Shown here one piece after another: positions 45,656 to 57,239 of a stretch of 64,000 nucleotides of DNA. Every line of letters begins with the position of its first letter. Position 1 is the first letter of the stretch. The stretch covers positions 1-64,000 of IMG/VR virus record IMGVR_UViG_2700989228_000034; one strand, 5' to 3'. This stretch comes from a virus. The position numbers and the translations under genes were made by a program. The notes below the pieces were generated by a model that saw only the letters and a list, made by a program, of their open reading frames with translations, did no database searches and had not been told where the DNA came from.

Positions 45656-48600
45656 ATGAGTAATAGTTGTTCAATTATTGGTCATGTCAAAAACTCTAAA
45701 GGTGAAGTGGTTGAAAGCAGGTTATGGAATAACCTGCTTCACCACCTCTCTGATAGAGGTTTGACAAAGGAGTTTTACAGAGTTGGCACTGACAAAAACT
45801 TCCTAGACAAAGTTAGGGATAAAGCCAAATTTGATGAAAATGGTGAGATAACATTTAACTCACTAAGGAAACTTGCCAAGATAGATATTAAGCAAGAAAA
45901 GTTACTATCAACTCTAAATAAAGATATTGGTAGTGGCTTAATGGAGTATGATGATGCCTTAGGAAAACTTACAAGTTTTAATAGAGATAGTCAATTTAAT
46001 GATGAATATATGGCTACTATTAAGAAGGTAGGTAATCAGTATGAATTATCAGTAGTTCCTAAAACTAAGGCTAATCAAGCTGCTCTTGAGCAAGAAATTG
46101 CAAATAGGACTCTTAGAGACCGTCTAATGTATCATCTGAATAAAGCAGGAGTTTCTGTTGAGTTCTTTAATAATGATGATAAAGTAGATGGAAGATATAG
46201 TACTGTAAATGCAAAGAAAGCTGCTGATGGAATGTATAATCTTATTAGGGTTGCTCATGGAGAGCATATTACTCCTGTATTAGCAGAAGAGGCAGGTCAC
46301 TTTGCAGTAGCATCTCTAGGTAATAGTCCGTTAGTGGAAAGACTTACTAGCCTTCTCACTCCAGATGTACAAGAAAAAATATTTGGAGAAGAGTATAGTA
46401 GTAAAGTTATGGGTGCAAACAGTAAAAGAGAAACTGCTGGGCATCTTGTTGGTCAAGCTATAATGGATGAAGTAGATAAGACTACTCCTTGGGGAAGACT
46501 TGCTGATAGAGTTGTTAGTCTTGCAAAAAAGGTATTCTATTCATTCAAAGGTAATGATATTGCTAAAGCAACTATAGAAGCAGAAGATATTGCTAAGAGG
46601 ATTGCAAGAGATTTTATGTCTGAGAATCCACAAGGCAACATTGATAATGCTCTTGAAATAAGAGAAACCCTATACAGTGCTAATAGTTCCCTTAATACAA
46701 AGGTATTTAGAACTGTTGTTAATAATCTAGCTCTGACAGCTGCTAAGCTTAAAGCTATAAGTAATGATGCTCTTACAGCCAAAGTAAATGCTGTATTAGG
46801 TGTAGCAGAGTCAGGAAGACTAACTGCAATTAACGCTGCTCCTAATACTACTTTATCTGATAACATAGCACTCGATGGAATAGCAGAAGCTCTATCAATG
46901 ATAAGTGATATGATAGGGCAAGGCAAGGAAATTAATAATCTATTGGATTCTGTTGACTTCCTTAATACTGCGGATTTCTATAATAATATGTCAGATAATG
47001 GTAGGAAACTTAGACAAGTTCATACTTTTGTGAGTGCAAGTATCAATCTAGAAAGATTAGTTACTGAAGCCATGAACATATTGCCAGGCAAAGAATTATT
47101 GACAGGAGATACTAGTAATATTCAAATTACAGACTCTGTTGGTAATATTCAAACAATAGATTTAACTAAGGTAGCAAGAGAGCTTGAAAGGGCTAATAAT
47201 TACTTAATGGCAGAGTTAATGACAAAAGAAAAGCAATTCTTCCTTAAGTTCTGTGAAAGTACTTTAGGCTCTAAATATGTATATAGAGCCTCTAAAGTTA
47301 TATGGAATATGAAGCATCAGAAAAAGAATCCTGATGGAAAAACAAAGAGAATATTTCTACAAAAAGGAGGTAGAGTTGACCTAAGTTCTGTACTAGAGAG
47401 TATGGAGAGTGATATTAATATGTTTGAAAGGTTTTTAGGTTCTATGTCTAATAATCCTGATATTATAGGTCAAATTGCAGATAAGGCTACTAAGATGGCT
47501 AATATGCAAGCTGATAACCTAACTAATCTTGCTTGGGATGAACTTAGAGTTCTAGAAAAAAGATTTAATGCTATTGAAGGAGTAAAGCAATCAGACCTTT
47601 TTGAAAGATTTGATGATGGAACCCTTACTGGAAATATAATTTCAGAATATCATTGGGGAGAATATGAGAGAGATTGGAAAGAGTTTAAAGATGCTGAATT
47701 TGAAAATTTCAAGAACAGTATTCCTAATATAGATGACCTTACAGAATTTGAAAAAGCTTTAAGATGGGACACATATTTTAGACCATTAGCTAAAGATTGG
47801 CATAAATTGAATAGTACTTGGGATTCAAATCAAATGAAGTATATTCCTAATGACCAATATAGGAATTATAACTTTGATACTCTTATGTCTAACCATCAAG
47901 GATTAAGAGCTTGGTACAATGACTTTATGATATTAAAAACAGGTCTTGATGATAGATTACCTGAAGGCAGCACATTGGCAGTAAGAATGCCTCAATTCAA
48001 AGGTACTTTTACTAATATTGTCAGAAATCAGAATAGTGGAACTAGTAAGGCAATAGGTAGTGCTCTAAGAAGTAAACTAAGGGATACCTTCTGTGAAAGT
48101 AGTGAAGACACTGATTTTGGTAGTGACCAAACATATAATTCTGAAGAAGAGGAGAGATTTGCTAATAGTTTAGCACATGAAAAGGAAAATATTAACAGAT
48201 TACCTTTATATGGTATAAATAAGCTACAAGATATGAATGAATTATCTACTGATATATTTCATTCTACTTTAGCTTATGCTGGTATGGCTAATACCTATCT
48301 AGCAATGAATCAAGTTGTAGATACTCTTGAAGTTGGTAGAGAAGTTCTATCTGAAAGAAAAGTTGAGGATGATAAATCTGAGAAGGATAGAGCTTTAACT
48401 AAAAAGGGCACTTCTAAAGCATATAATAGATACTTAAAATTTCTAGATAAGCAAGTCTATGGTGTTAGTTCTAGTAAAACTAAGATATTTAAGGGTATAA
48501 TAGTTGAGAAGGTTGTTTCTACTTTATCTAGCTTTGCTTCCAAATATTTTCTAGGTGGTAATGTTGTAGGTGGTTCTGTTAATACTATGACTGGTTTTAA

Positions 48601-50068
48601 TGAAATATTCAAGGAGGCAATAGCAGCTGAGTATTTCAATCTAAAAGAGTTTGGTATGGCAAATAAACTATATTTTAGTAGCTTTGGAAAGAATTGGTGG
48701 AACTATGGTAAAGAGTTTAAAGAAGATAAGGTAAACCTTTTCATGAGGCACTTTAATGTATTAGGAGAGAGTAGAACTAAACAAAGAGATTGGCATACTG
48801 TTAATTCCAAGTCTAGAAGGCTCTATAATATGTTTAATGAAAGTATATTCTTACCATATAAGTCAGGAGACCACTATATGCAATCTATATCATACTTGGC
48901 AAGTGCATATAAAACTAAAGTATATGATACAAGTGGTAAAAGAATATCCTTATGGGAAGCTTATCAAGTTGTAGATAATGAGGATACTCAAGGTAATAAA
49001 GGTGGTAAAACATTAGCTCTTAATGGTACTTTCTATAAGAATAAAGAAGGGGCAAAAGAACATAAGTTGATTACATCTATACTATCTCAATTGCAAAATC
49101 CAGCAAGTGCTGGACCATTTGGAGCAATAATTCATCTTACTCAAGAACAACAGGATTATCTCAATAGAAAAGGCTATAATATAGCAGATACTGAAAATAC
49201 TATACATTCATTGGAAGATGATGCTTATAACTTAACATGGAATATTGATGATGAATCAGCCTTTATGGATAAGTGTAGAGAAATTAACAATAGAATGCAT
49301 GGTATCTATAATAATCAAGATAAGGTTGCTTTTCAACAGAATTGGTTTGGTAATGCTGTCTTAGCTATGAGGGGTTATGCCCTTGGTATGATTGAAAGAA
49401 GGTATGCACCTGGTCATTATAGTGTTGCCTTGGGACATGATGTGGAAGGTTCTCTTAACACTCTTGGTAAGGTTATTTGGAATGGTTTTACTGATAAAGG
49501 TGGCTTTATGATGACCATGAGAGCAATATGTCTACCTATGACAAAAAGAGCTAAACTTGATATGTATAGAGCAGGATTCTCTGAGAACCAAGTTGCTAAT
49601 ATGAGAAGAAACTTTGGTGATGCTTTATTAATCAGTCTACTAGTACTAGTGAAAGCTCTAACAGCTAAGGGAGATGGTGATGATGACGATGATGATGAAG
49701 ATAATCAAGTTGCAGGTATTCTCTATTACTTTGCAAGCAGATTAAATAGGGAGCAACAAGCATATAACACTCCTATGGGATTATGGACTGAATCATCCAC
49801 TCTTACTGACTTAACTCCTGTTGGTATGGCTGCACTTATTGATATAACTAAAATGGGTATACAGTTTGGTGGTCTTCCATTTGCTGATGAAGATGATTCA
49901 AACTTCTATTATCAGTCTGACAAAGAAGACAGATATGAAAAGGGAGATGCTAAAGCCTATGTTCACTTCTGGAGAATGTTTCCATATCTCAGAAGTGTAT
50001 ATACATTTGAACAGCCGTATGAAGCAGCAAAATCCTATGAGTATGGTCAAAGATTAAGAGAAAGATAA
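45656..50068 (+). CDS. giant protein (1470 aa), probable second virion/ejected RNA polymerase-associated protein
   Basis: translationally adjacent to the previous giant ORF; contains a poly-Asp tract GDGDDDDDDEDN. Confidence 0.35.
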   Translation: MSNSCSIIGHVKNSKGEVVESRLWNNLLHHLSDRGLTKEFYRVGTDKNFLDKVRDKAKFDENGEITFNSLRKLAKIDIKQEKLLSTLNKDIGSGLMEYDDALGKLTSFNRDSQFNDEYMATIKKVGNQYELSVVPKTKANQAALEQEIANRTLRDRLMYHLNKAGVSVEFFNNDDKVDGRYSTVNAKKAADGMYNLIRVAHGEHITPVLAEEAGHFAVASLGNSPLVERLTSLLTPDVQEKIFGEEYSSKVMGANSKRETAGHLVGQAIMDEVDKTTPWGRLADRVVSLAKKVFYSFKGNDIAKATIEAEDIAKRIARDFMSENPQGNIDNALEIRETLYSANSSLNTKVFRTVVNNLALTAAKLKAISNDALTAKVNAVLGVAESGRLTAINAAPNTTLSDNIALDGIAEALSMISDMIGQGKEINNLLDSVDFLNTADFYNNMSDNGRKLRQVHTFVSASINLERLVTEAMNILPGKELLTGDTSNIQITDSVGNIQTIDLTKVARELERANNYLMAELMTKEKQFFLKFCESTLGSKYVYRASKVIWNMKHQKKNPDGKTKRIFLQKGGRVDLSSVLESMESDINMFERFLGSMSNNPDIIGQIADKATKMANMQADNLTNLAWDELRVLEKRFNAIEGVKQSDLFERFDDGTLTGNIISEYHWGEYERDWKEFKDAEFENFKNSIPNIDDLTEFEKALRWDTYFRPLAKDWHKLNSTWDSNQMKYIPNDQYRNYNFDTLMSNHQGLRAWYNDFMILKTGLDDRLPEGSTLAVRMPQFKGTFTNIVRNQNSGTSKAIGSALRSKLRDTFCESSEDTDFGSDQTYNSEEEERFANSLAHEKENINRLPLYGINKLQDMNELSTDIFHSTLAYAGMANTYLAMNQVVDTLEVGREVLSERKVEDDKSEKDRALTKKGTSKAYNRYLKFLDKQVYGVSSSKTKIFKGIIVEKVVSTLSSFASKYFLGGNVVGGSVNTMTGFNEIFKEAIAAEYFNLKEFGMANKLYFSSFGKNWWNYGKEFKEDKVNLFMRHFNVLGESRTKQRDWHTVNSKSRRLYNMFNESIFLPYKSGDHYMQSISYLASAYKTKVYDTSGKRISLWEAYQVVDNEDTQGNKGGKTLALNGTFYKNKEGAKEHKLITSILSQLQNPASAGPFGAIIHLTQEQQDYLNRKGYNIADTENTIHSLEDDAYNLTWNIDDESAFMDKCREINNRMHGIYNNQDKVAFQQNWFGNAVLAMRGYALGMIERRYAPGHYSVALGHDVEGSLNTLGKVIWNGFTDKGGFMMTMRAICLPMTKRAKLDMYRAGFSENQVANMRRNFGDALLISLLVLVKALTAKGDGDDDDDDEDNQVAGILYYFASRLNREQQAYNTPMGLWTESSTLTDLTPVGMAALIDITKMGIQFGGLPFADEDDSNFYYQSDKEDRYEKGDAKAYVHFWRMFPYLRSVYTFEQPYEAAKSYEYGQRLRER

Positions 50069-50073
50069 TAACT

Positions 50074-50125
50074 ATAAAATAAAAAGGGTAGAGAGGTTAA
50101 TCCTCCCTACCCTTTCTTTTTTTTC
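50074..50125. terminator. bidirectional rho-independent terminator at the convergence point
   Basis: A-run, then GGGTAGAGAGG-ttaat-CCTCCCTACCC (10 of 11 bp), then TTTCTTTTTTTT; it serves the plus gene ending at 50068 and the minus gene ending at 50133. Confidence 0.65.
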
Positions 50126-50132
50126 AAAAGCT

Positions 50133-53100
50133 TTATAATCCTAAACAATTTAGTTTATGCTTCATTTCTTCATCCTCAAGTGAGGACCAAGAAGTCTCAT
50201 TGAAACCTTGCATTTCAATTCCTTCTCTTTGTTCCTGAGTTAAATTATTCCATTGATATTCCTCTGGTATAGGTGTAGACCTAGTTGTAATATCCATATT
50301 GAAATTATTCAGTTCAGTAGAATCCATTCCAAACATCTCCCCTAAGTAACTGTCACTAAATGAAGTTCCTAAAATAGGGTCTATAGTCTCAGTTGAAGGC
50401 TCTGAAGGTATAGCTTCTGTTGGTTTAGCTTCATCATTAGTTTCTGCTTTGACAGCATTTTCAACTTCACCAAACATTGCTCTTTCTTCATCTGTCATTT
50501 TCTCCCAAACTATATGAGGTTCTGTATAATTTACTGCAATAGTATCTTGCAATGTAGGATTTGCACCTGTATAGTTTTTACCATCAATCATTAACTGATT
50601 AGCCTTTTCAGGAGATACTGAATAATCTGCTGAACCATTCTTCCAACCTGATGGAGCTGGGTATTCAACACCAATAGGAATTAAATTAAGTGATTTAACT
50701 TGTATTCCATATTTACTTTCTAAGAACTTCTTATACAAAGACAGCTGTCTTGAATATTTCTCTTGTTTATGTTGGTCTATACCACTTCTATTTGTCTTCA
50801 TATCAAAGATAAAGAAGTTTCCATTTCCATCATAAGCAAGTAAGTCAAGTGTACCTGCAACATCTACTGTATGTATCTTACCATTTGAATCCAATACATC
50901 TAATGAACCTGTAACTGTTACATCTCTTGGAATTATTGTAAGACCATTTGATATAAAGTTATTTCTAAGACTCATTAATTGTTCTTTGAACTTTTGTAGT
51001 GCTTCTTTTGTGGCATTTGGATAATTTTCAGCTAATTGCTCAGATGTCATATTATCTAATTTTCCAGCAAAGAAATCTCTAACAAATTCATCAAAGCCTG
51101 TACCTATATTAGTAGAAGGTACAACCCAAGGACTATTAGGGTCAAATCTTTCTCCATCTTTTTCATCAGCACTAATCATTGATGTAACTCTAGCTAAGAA
51201 TTTACCTGTCCTAGTATCTCTATAGCCAGATTCATCTTTTAGTTTTTCAATGTGTTTTGAATCTTCAATTATTTTTTCAACGACAGCAGCAACTCTTTCT
51301 CTTGCAGGATTAGTAGGAATACTAGGTTTACCATCAAGAATTACACCAGTATCAGTAACTATAGCATTACCTGATTTTACCTGACCTTCTGCAATAGTAG
51401 GAGTAGTAATAGGCTGTTGAGGTTGTGCATTTACTGCATTAGCAGTTTCCGTAAATGCAGGAGTACCATCAGCTTTAAATGGATTTTGAACTGCAATACC
51501 TTGTATTCTATAATTAAAAGTTGTGGCAGCAGCTCCTAATATACCATCCTCATATATGTCACTAATATTATCAGCAGCAGCCTTACTTTCAGATGTTTTT
51601 TCAGCATCAGAATATAGAACATTCCATTTAGCAAATGAATCATTAGCATTAGTCATCCTAACATTCCAGCCTTCATCTAATATTAAATTCTTAAGGAAAT
51701 CTTCTTGACAAGATTTAATATCTTCTGCTGTCATTCCACTATTAAATGTAGCTAATGGAATTACCTCAGAGGTGTTAGAATTTACAAGGCTTAAATCCAT
51801 TATTCTGTTATCACCATCAACTTCAGATATAGGAGTTATCCTATATTCCCACCCATCTTTTATAGGGATATTAATGAAATTATCAATCTTCTTTTGAAGA
51901 TTACTAGCCATAGTTTGCAATGCTTCAGCAGTTGCTTCTGTAGGGACTATTTGACCATCAATTTCTTCATAGACTAAATCATCTGAATTAAAACTTTTTA
52001 CAAAGTTTTCTAATGCTTTAGCAGCTCTAGATGTTCTACTATTAAAGTTTATAATATCTCCATCTCTAGCTTCATCTTCAAAGGTATTATCAGAATTTCT
52101 AGCAGTACTTTCATTAATGGGACTTACAAATATTTCTATTTGATTGAACCTTCCATTCAAGGTTGGTTGATTAAACACTAATGCTTTTCTACCACCTATC
52201 ATTTTAGTTCCAAGTCCTTTTAGGAAATTTCTCTTTGCCTTCTGATATGCAGGATTTCTCCTCCTTTGCTTCTTATTTTGTGACTCTAGTGGAGTTCTTT
52301 CATCCTGACTTAGGTCATTTATTGCAATATCAGTAACATTATTTCTACCTCTATAATTTATATCTGCTGAATAGGCTTTTGGCTTTCCATAAGCTTTAGT
52401 TACAATAGCTTTACCATTAATGGATATTAATTGAGTTCCAGTATTACTTTGAGCAGCATTTCTAATAGGAGCCATGTGTGTAGAACCTGCACTTCCTAAA
52501 TGATTAGTTGAAGACATTATACTAATAGGTTGGTATTTCCTATCTCCAATAACAACAGGACCATTCTTAGATTCTACCACTGCAATAATTGGCATAGACA
52601 CTTCAGGGTTATAAGTATAGCCATTAGATTCCATATCTTGCTTTACTGCATTGGAAAATTCTTCATCTGTGATAAAGAATATATCTGGATTGTTATCCAA
52701 TATTCCGTTTCTTAAGGCTTCTTCTATATTATACTTCTCGTAGTATTTTATAGTAGGACTATTAGGAAATCTTTGTCTAATGTTATCAATGTTTACACTA
52801 GCTATAAAAGATGAGCTACTGTTTGCATTAGGAAACATATTATAGTTAGAATTTAACTGTCTGTTAGTATTATCTAACTGCTGTCTTTTTTTATCAAAAA
52901 GAGGTGACTTAGACTTCTTCTCCTCTGTTACAGATTGTTCAGAGACTTTAGCTGCCTTAACCTTTGCAGCTATCTGTCTTAGGAAATCAGCTCTTGGGTC
53001 TGTTCCATCTTCAGAGTTAGTCTCTCTTGTATTAGCTGAAGATATAAGAGCACCTACAAAGTCTTCTACATTTTCAAATGAATTTATACTTAGACCTTCA

Positions 53101-56100
53101 ATAAATTGTCTTACATCACTCTTTACATTAGAATCTCTATCAGGTTGGTTTTTAGCTATATTAAGAGCTATCTCTGCTGCTTTAGCAACATCTTCATTAC
53201 TATTATCAGCAAAAGCTTGTATTATTGGATTTCTTTCCTCATTACTAGTAGCATTATTAGTAGGCTGATTACCTGCTGTTTTAGTTTGTGCTGTTTCAGT
53301 AGGCATATCTTCATTACTAATTACTGAACCATCACCAGCAATATAACCACCTTCAGGAGTACTACTTCCTGCTATATCAAAGATACTCTTAGTCTTAGTT
53401 TCTGTTGCTCCCTTTTGTACTACTGGCTCTGGATTAGCAATAGGAGCAGACTGTTCTGGTGTAGTAGGAGTTACTTCTATAGGAGCTTCATTAGCCTCTC
53501 TTTGAGCATTCTCCTTATTGTAAGTAGCCATTACATCATTAAAGTTCTGTATAGCTTCTCCAATACTTGTAAAGGCTGTTTGTTCTGCTTCAGGTATAGT
53601 AGAATTAACTTCTTCCACATATTTTCTGAACTCAGATACACCATTTTCATCTACTGCTGACAGAGCACTTACTACAGCTTGATTATCATTAAAGTCAATT
53701 CCTTTATCAGATAAGTAAGTTATAGTATGAGCAAACATTTCTTTATCATTATCTGACATATCTTTATGATTATCAGAACTAGAAACTTGCTCTATAAGGT
53801 CTTGAAGCATTTGTCTCTCTTGACTATATCTTTCAAAGTTAGCATTATCCTTATCTCTGAAAGCTCTTGTAATTAATGATTGCTCTCTAAATGAACTCTC
53901 ATTATACATTTTGTCCATTTCTCTAGCAAAAGTAGCATAGTCTTGAATATTATTCATTGCTTGATACTTTCTCCTAGAGGCTATATCAGCAGCAGACTGT
54001 CTAGCATTATAGACATAGTTATTGAAACTATCTGGGTCACTTAATATAGCTTGATACTGAGCATTAAATGTATCAATAGAGTTCTTAATTCTTCCAGCAT
54101 CTATTATCTTATCAAGAAAATTTTCATCCTGTGTAGTTCCTTGATTAACAAGATTATTTATTACAGCTTGCTGTTCTTCACTATAGAAAGGCTTCTCTTC
54201 AGCCTTAACAGCATCAAGTTCTTTCTGAACTTTAGATATTTCTACATCTAGCTTTTGTACTTGCTTATTATGTCCCTTCTTTACCCTGCCATTGTCCTTT
54301 ATATACTTTGATTTCTGTTCATTAAGAGATTCTATTCTAGTATTAAGTTCATCAACTCTTCTATTATATTCTTCTCTACCACCATGAGTAGCTACATAAG
54401 TCTTTTGCTTACCCTTTCTAAGCATTATAGACCTAGATATAGGGTCAAGGTTCATGATTTCCTCTTCACTAAGAACTTCAGAGGTACCTTCTTCAATATC
54501 ATTAATTGCATCAAGTCTTTTAAGCTCTTTCTCAAGAGATTTACTCTTAGCTTTTTTATCCTTTAGGATATTCTTTTCATTGTTAGTAAGATTCTTCCTA
54601 CCAGTAATGTTCTTAATATCTTCCTTGATAGAATCAAGACTTTTCTGAATTTCAGCCTGTCTCTTTTTAGCTTCTGCAATAGAGTTATAGTCAGCTAAGA
54701 TTTCTTTCTGTTTTGCATTTAATGTAGAACTATGTTCTACTGAATTTCCTATCTGAATATTTGCAAGCTCTTCTTTTAACTTTTGTTCTCTCTGATGCCA
54801 ATCTTTAAGCATCATTTGACCATATATAAGAGATTGTTTAGTGTCCTCATCAACATTACCAAGTAACTTATCTACTCTATCTGATTCTTGTTGAACAGTA
54901 TCAAGAGTAGATAGCATCTTATTTGCATTTGATTTTAAAGTCTTAAGAATGTCTTCATCACTTTGGTTTTCATCAGAGGTATTAACATTATCCCTCATTG
55001 CAGATATATATTTTTCTGCTAGTTCTGAACCTTCTTCAAGATTTGCAACCTCTGTAAGCTGATTAAGATAAGTATCATAATATTGAGTACCCTGAAGTTT
55101 TTGTAACATAAAAGCATCACTAATAGTCTTACCTAGAGCACTATTTCTATAACCAAATTCATCACTGCCAAGACCTGCGTCACCCATAGATTTAGCCCAG
55201 TTAAAAGTTCCAACTAGACCATCAAATTTATCTTTATTGTTAGGGTCCCTAAGCCACTCTTGTAATACTTGAGCAGCCTCTTCAGCTTGATGCTGTTGAA
55301 TTTGATTCTCTCTATGAGCTTGGAATAAACCACTTCTCCAAGGAGTAATTCTTCTAAGTCTTTCCCAATTAGATTCCAATTCACCTTTCTCATTAAGACC
55401 TCTACCAAAGTAAGTAGTTTCTGCTTTACCATCAACTATTCTACCTGTTCTAGTTTTGTGACCTAATGATGGAGTTCCCATTACAGAAGATATAGCTCCA
55501 TATATACCAGATTTAATAGTTTCTTTATCAGTAGCAGAACCTGTAAATGCTGTCCAAGCAGCTCCCCAATCACTTGAGAAATTATCTCCTACTGCTGCAC
55601 TACCATCACCTTTATATTTATTGTCAATAAATTGGTGTATATTATTTTCTGCACCACCTCTCATAGTAGCATCAGAAATACTCTGCATATATTCTTCACC
55701 AAATTCACCAATAGGCTCCTTAATTAGATTCCAAGCTTTCTTACCTATACCAAATCTAGGAGTTACAGTTGTTGTAGCTCCACTACCTGTAATATTAAAA
55801 TCAGGTCTAGGCTGTGCCCAACCAAATAATTTAGACTTAGATAGTGCATTTCTAACTGATGGAGCCTGTAGACCTGCTTTCAAGGTACTATTTATCATAC
55901 CATTGATAAGAGAGTTTACATAGAAGTTATTTATTCCTGCTTTTGTTGCAGCATATTCAACTTGCTTTAGAGACTCTTCATACTTAGGAGAATATTCATT
56001 CCATACTTGCTGATAAATCTGATTAATATCATATAATTTACCAGTCTTCTTATCTTTGTATTTAACTACTTGTCTAGTACCATCAGCACCATCTTTTATC

Positions 56101-57239
56101 ATTACTTGGTCATATTGCCCAAGTCTTCTATTAACTTCAGCACCTACTTCCTGTTGATGTATCTGCTGTACAGCTTGTAGACCATCCTCTTCTGCTTGTT
56201 GTTTGGTATTAAGACCCTCAGAGAGACCTTCCATAGTACCCACCATACCTGGTATAATAAACTTATTAGTAAGGTTCTCTGCTTTCTGTAGCTTAGTAAG
56301 AGCACTTGTTAATGCTTCACCTGTCTTAATTGCTTTAGTTGCTGTGCCTAAACCTTTAAATAGTATAGAAGCAAGCTTAGCCTCTCCTGCTCCTGCAAAC
56401 ATTGATGCAAGAGTAAAACCACCTGACTGTAATGCTACCCAAGGAGTAGCTGAACTTAACAAACTATTTTCCTGGTCATCACTCTCTACAATCTGTAAAT
56501 CTGATATTCCAAGTTCTTTAGCCTCCTTTAATCTTTCTGGTAGAACAGTACCATATTGAACTATATCATTACCATATCTAGTCCAGTCATTATCCATAAC
56601 TGAGTTCATAAAGTTATCCCAACTATTAAGGTTTGGATTATCTTTATAATCTCCATCAAAATAATCTACTGCACCCTTCACTGAACCTAGTAAGCTTATA
56701 ACAGCACCAGCAGCAGAGGCTCCCATACCAGCAAGACCATACCAAGCTTGTTCATACCAAGGCTGATTTTTAGCTACATTATTCTTAATGGCATTGTCAA
56801 GCATTGCATTAGCAGTTGCGCCATTATCTTTATATGTAGCATTAGCAGCTTGATAAGAAGCTGCAAGTTCAGCCCAGTCCATGTCACTTAAGTCTACATA
56901 GCTAGAATATCCATACTTCTTAAACCAAGGAGATACTTTTGCAGCTATCTCCTTTATATTCATTGGATTACCAACTCTATTTCTATCCCTATCAATATGA
57001 TATTCATCTTTATATTGCTGTAACATATCTTGATAGGTATTCTGCATTATAGCATTTGTATCACTAAGACCTTGAAAATATTGCCTATTTGAAGGCATAT
57101 TAAGGTTAATAGGAGTAACCATTAAGTTACTCCCATTTTGTTGTGCTATTGCTTGTTTATCAGATTGACTTCTGTCATTAGCTGTCAATCCTCTTAATCC
57201 TAAATTTCCTAATGTTGGCATAATTATTGACTTACACAA
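50133..57239 (-). CDS. giant structural protein (2368 aa) with long coiled-coil region; tail- or ejection-associated
   Basis: uninterrupted minus-strand ORF; Lys/Glu heptad-rich middle region; operon with the downstream minus-strand genes. Confidence 0.4.
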   Translation of the reverse strand: MCKSIIMPTLGNLGLRGLTANDRSQSDKQAIAQQNGSNLMVTPINLNMPSNRQYFQGLSDTNAIMQNTYQDMLQQYKDEYHIDRDRNRVGNPMNIKEIAAKVSPWFKKYGYSSYVDLSDMDWAELAASYQAANATYKDNGATANAMLDNAIKNNVAKNQPWYEQAWYGLAGMGASAAGAVISLLGSVKGAVDYFDGDYKDNPNLNSWDNFMNSVMDNDWTRYGNDIVQYGTVLPERLKEAKELGISDLQIVESDDQENSLLSSATPWVALQSGGFTLASMFAGAGEAKLASILFKGLGTATKAIKTGEALTSALTKLQKAENLTNKFIIPGMVGTMEGLSEGLNTKQQAEEDGLQAVQQIHQQEVGAEVNRRLGQYDQVMIKDGADGTRQVVKYKDKKTGKLYDINQIYQQVWNEYSPKYEESLKQVEYAATKAGINNFYVNSLINGMINSTLKAGLQAPSVRNALSKSKLFGWAQPRPDFNITGSGATTTVTPRFGIGKKAWNLIKEPIGEFGEEYMQSISDATMRGGAENNIHQFIDNKYKGDGSAAVGDNFSSDWGAAWTAFTGSATDKETIKSGIYGAISSVMGTPSLGHKTRTGRIVDGKAETTYFGRGLNEKGELESNWERLRRITPWRSGLFQAHRENQIQQHQAEEAAQVLQEWLRDPNNKDKFDGLVGTFNWAKSMGDAGLGSDEFGYRNSALGKTISDAFMLQKLQGTQYYDTYLNQLTEVANLEEGSELAEKYISAMRDNVNTSDENQSDEDILKTLKSNANKMLSTLDTVQQESDRVDKLLGNVDEDTKQSLIYGQMMLKDWHQREQKLKEELANIQIGNSVEHSSTLNAKQKEILADYNSIAEAKKRQAEIQKSLDSIKEDIKNITGRKNLTNNEKNILKDKKAKSKSLEKELKRLDAINDIEEGTSEVLSEEEIMNLDPISRSIMLRKGKQKTYVATHGGREEYNRRVDELNTRIESLNEQKSKYIKDNGRVKKGHNKQVQKLDVEISKVQKELDAVKAEEKPFYSEEQQAVINNLVNQGTTQDENFLDKIIDAGRIKNSIDTFNAQYQAILSDPDSFNNYVYNARQSAADIASRRKYQAMNNIQDYATFAREMDKMYNESSFREQSLITRAFRDKDNANFERYSQERQMLQDLIEQVSSSDNHKDMSDNDKEMFAHTITYLSDKGIDFNDNQAVVSALSAVDENGVSEFRKYVEEVNSTIPEAEQTAFTSIGEAIQNFNDVMATYNKENAQREANEAPIEVTPTTPEQSAPIANPEPVVQKGATETKTKSIFDIAGSSTPEGGYIAGDGSVISNEDMPTETAQTKTAGNQPTNNATSNEERNPIIQAFADNSNEDVAKAAEIALNIAKNQPDRDSNVKSDVRQFIEGLSINSFENVEDFVGALISSANTRETNSEDGTDPRADFLRQIAAKVKAAKVSEQSVTEEKKSKSPLFDKKRQQLDNTNRQLNSNYNMFPNANSSSSFIASVNIDNIRQRFPNSPTIKYYEKYNIEEALRNGILDNNPDIFFITDEEFSNAVKQDMESNGYTYNPEVSMPIIAVVESKNGPVVIGDRKYQPISIMSSTNHLGSAGSTHMAPIRNAAQSNTGTQLISINGKAIVTKAYGKPKAYSADINYRGRNNVTDIAINDLSQDERTPLESQNKKQRRRNPAYQKAKRNFLKGLGTKMIGGRKALVFNQPTLNGRFNQIEIFVSPINESTARNSDNTFEDEARDGDIINFNSRTSRAAKALENFVKSFNSDDLVYEEIDGQIVPTEATAEALQTMASNLQKKIDNFINIPIKDGWEYRITPISEVDGDNRIMDLSLVNSNTSEVIPLATFNSGMTAEDIKSCQEDFLKNLILDEGWNVRMTNANDSFAKWNVLYSDAEKTSESKAAADNISDIYEDGILGAAATTFNYRIQGIAVQNPFKADGTPAFTETANAVNAQPQQPITTPTIAEGQVKSGNAIVTDTGVILDGKPSIPTNPARERVAAVVEKIIEDSKHIEKLKDESGYRDTRTGKFLARVTSMISADEKDGERFDPNSPWVVPSTNIGTGFDEFVRDFFAGKLDNMTSEQLAENYPNATKEALQKFKEQLMSLRNNFISNGLTIIPRDVTVTGSLDVLDSNGKIHTVDVAGTLDLLAYDGNGNFFIFDMKTNRSGIDQHKQEKYSRQLSLYKKFLESKYGIQVKSLNLIPIGVEYPAPSGWKNGSADYSVSPEKANQLMIDGKNYTGANPTLQDTIAVNYTEPHIVWEKMTDEERAMFGEVENAVKAETNDEAKPTEAIPSEPSTETIDPILGTSFSDSYLGEMFGMDSTELNNFNMDITTRSTPIPEEYQWNNLTQEQREGIEMQGFNETSWSSLEDEEMKHKLNCLGL

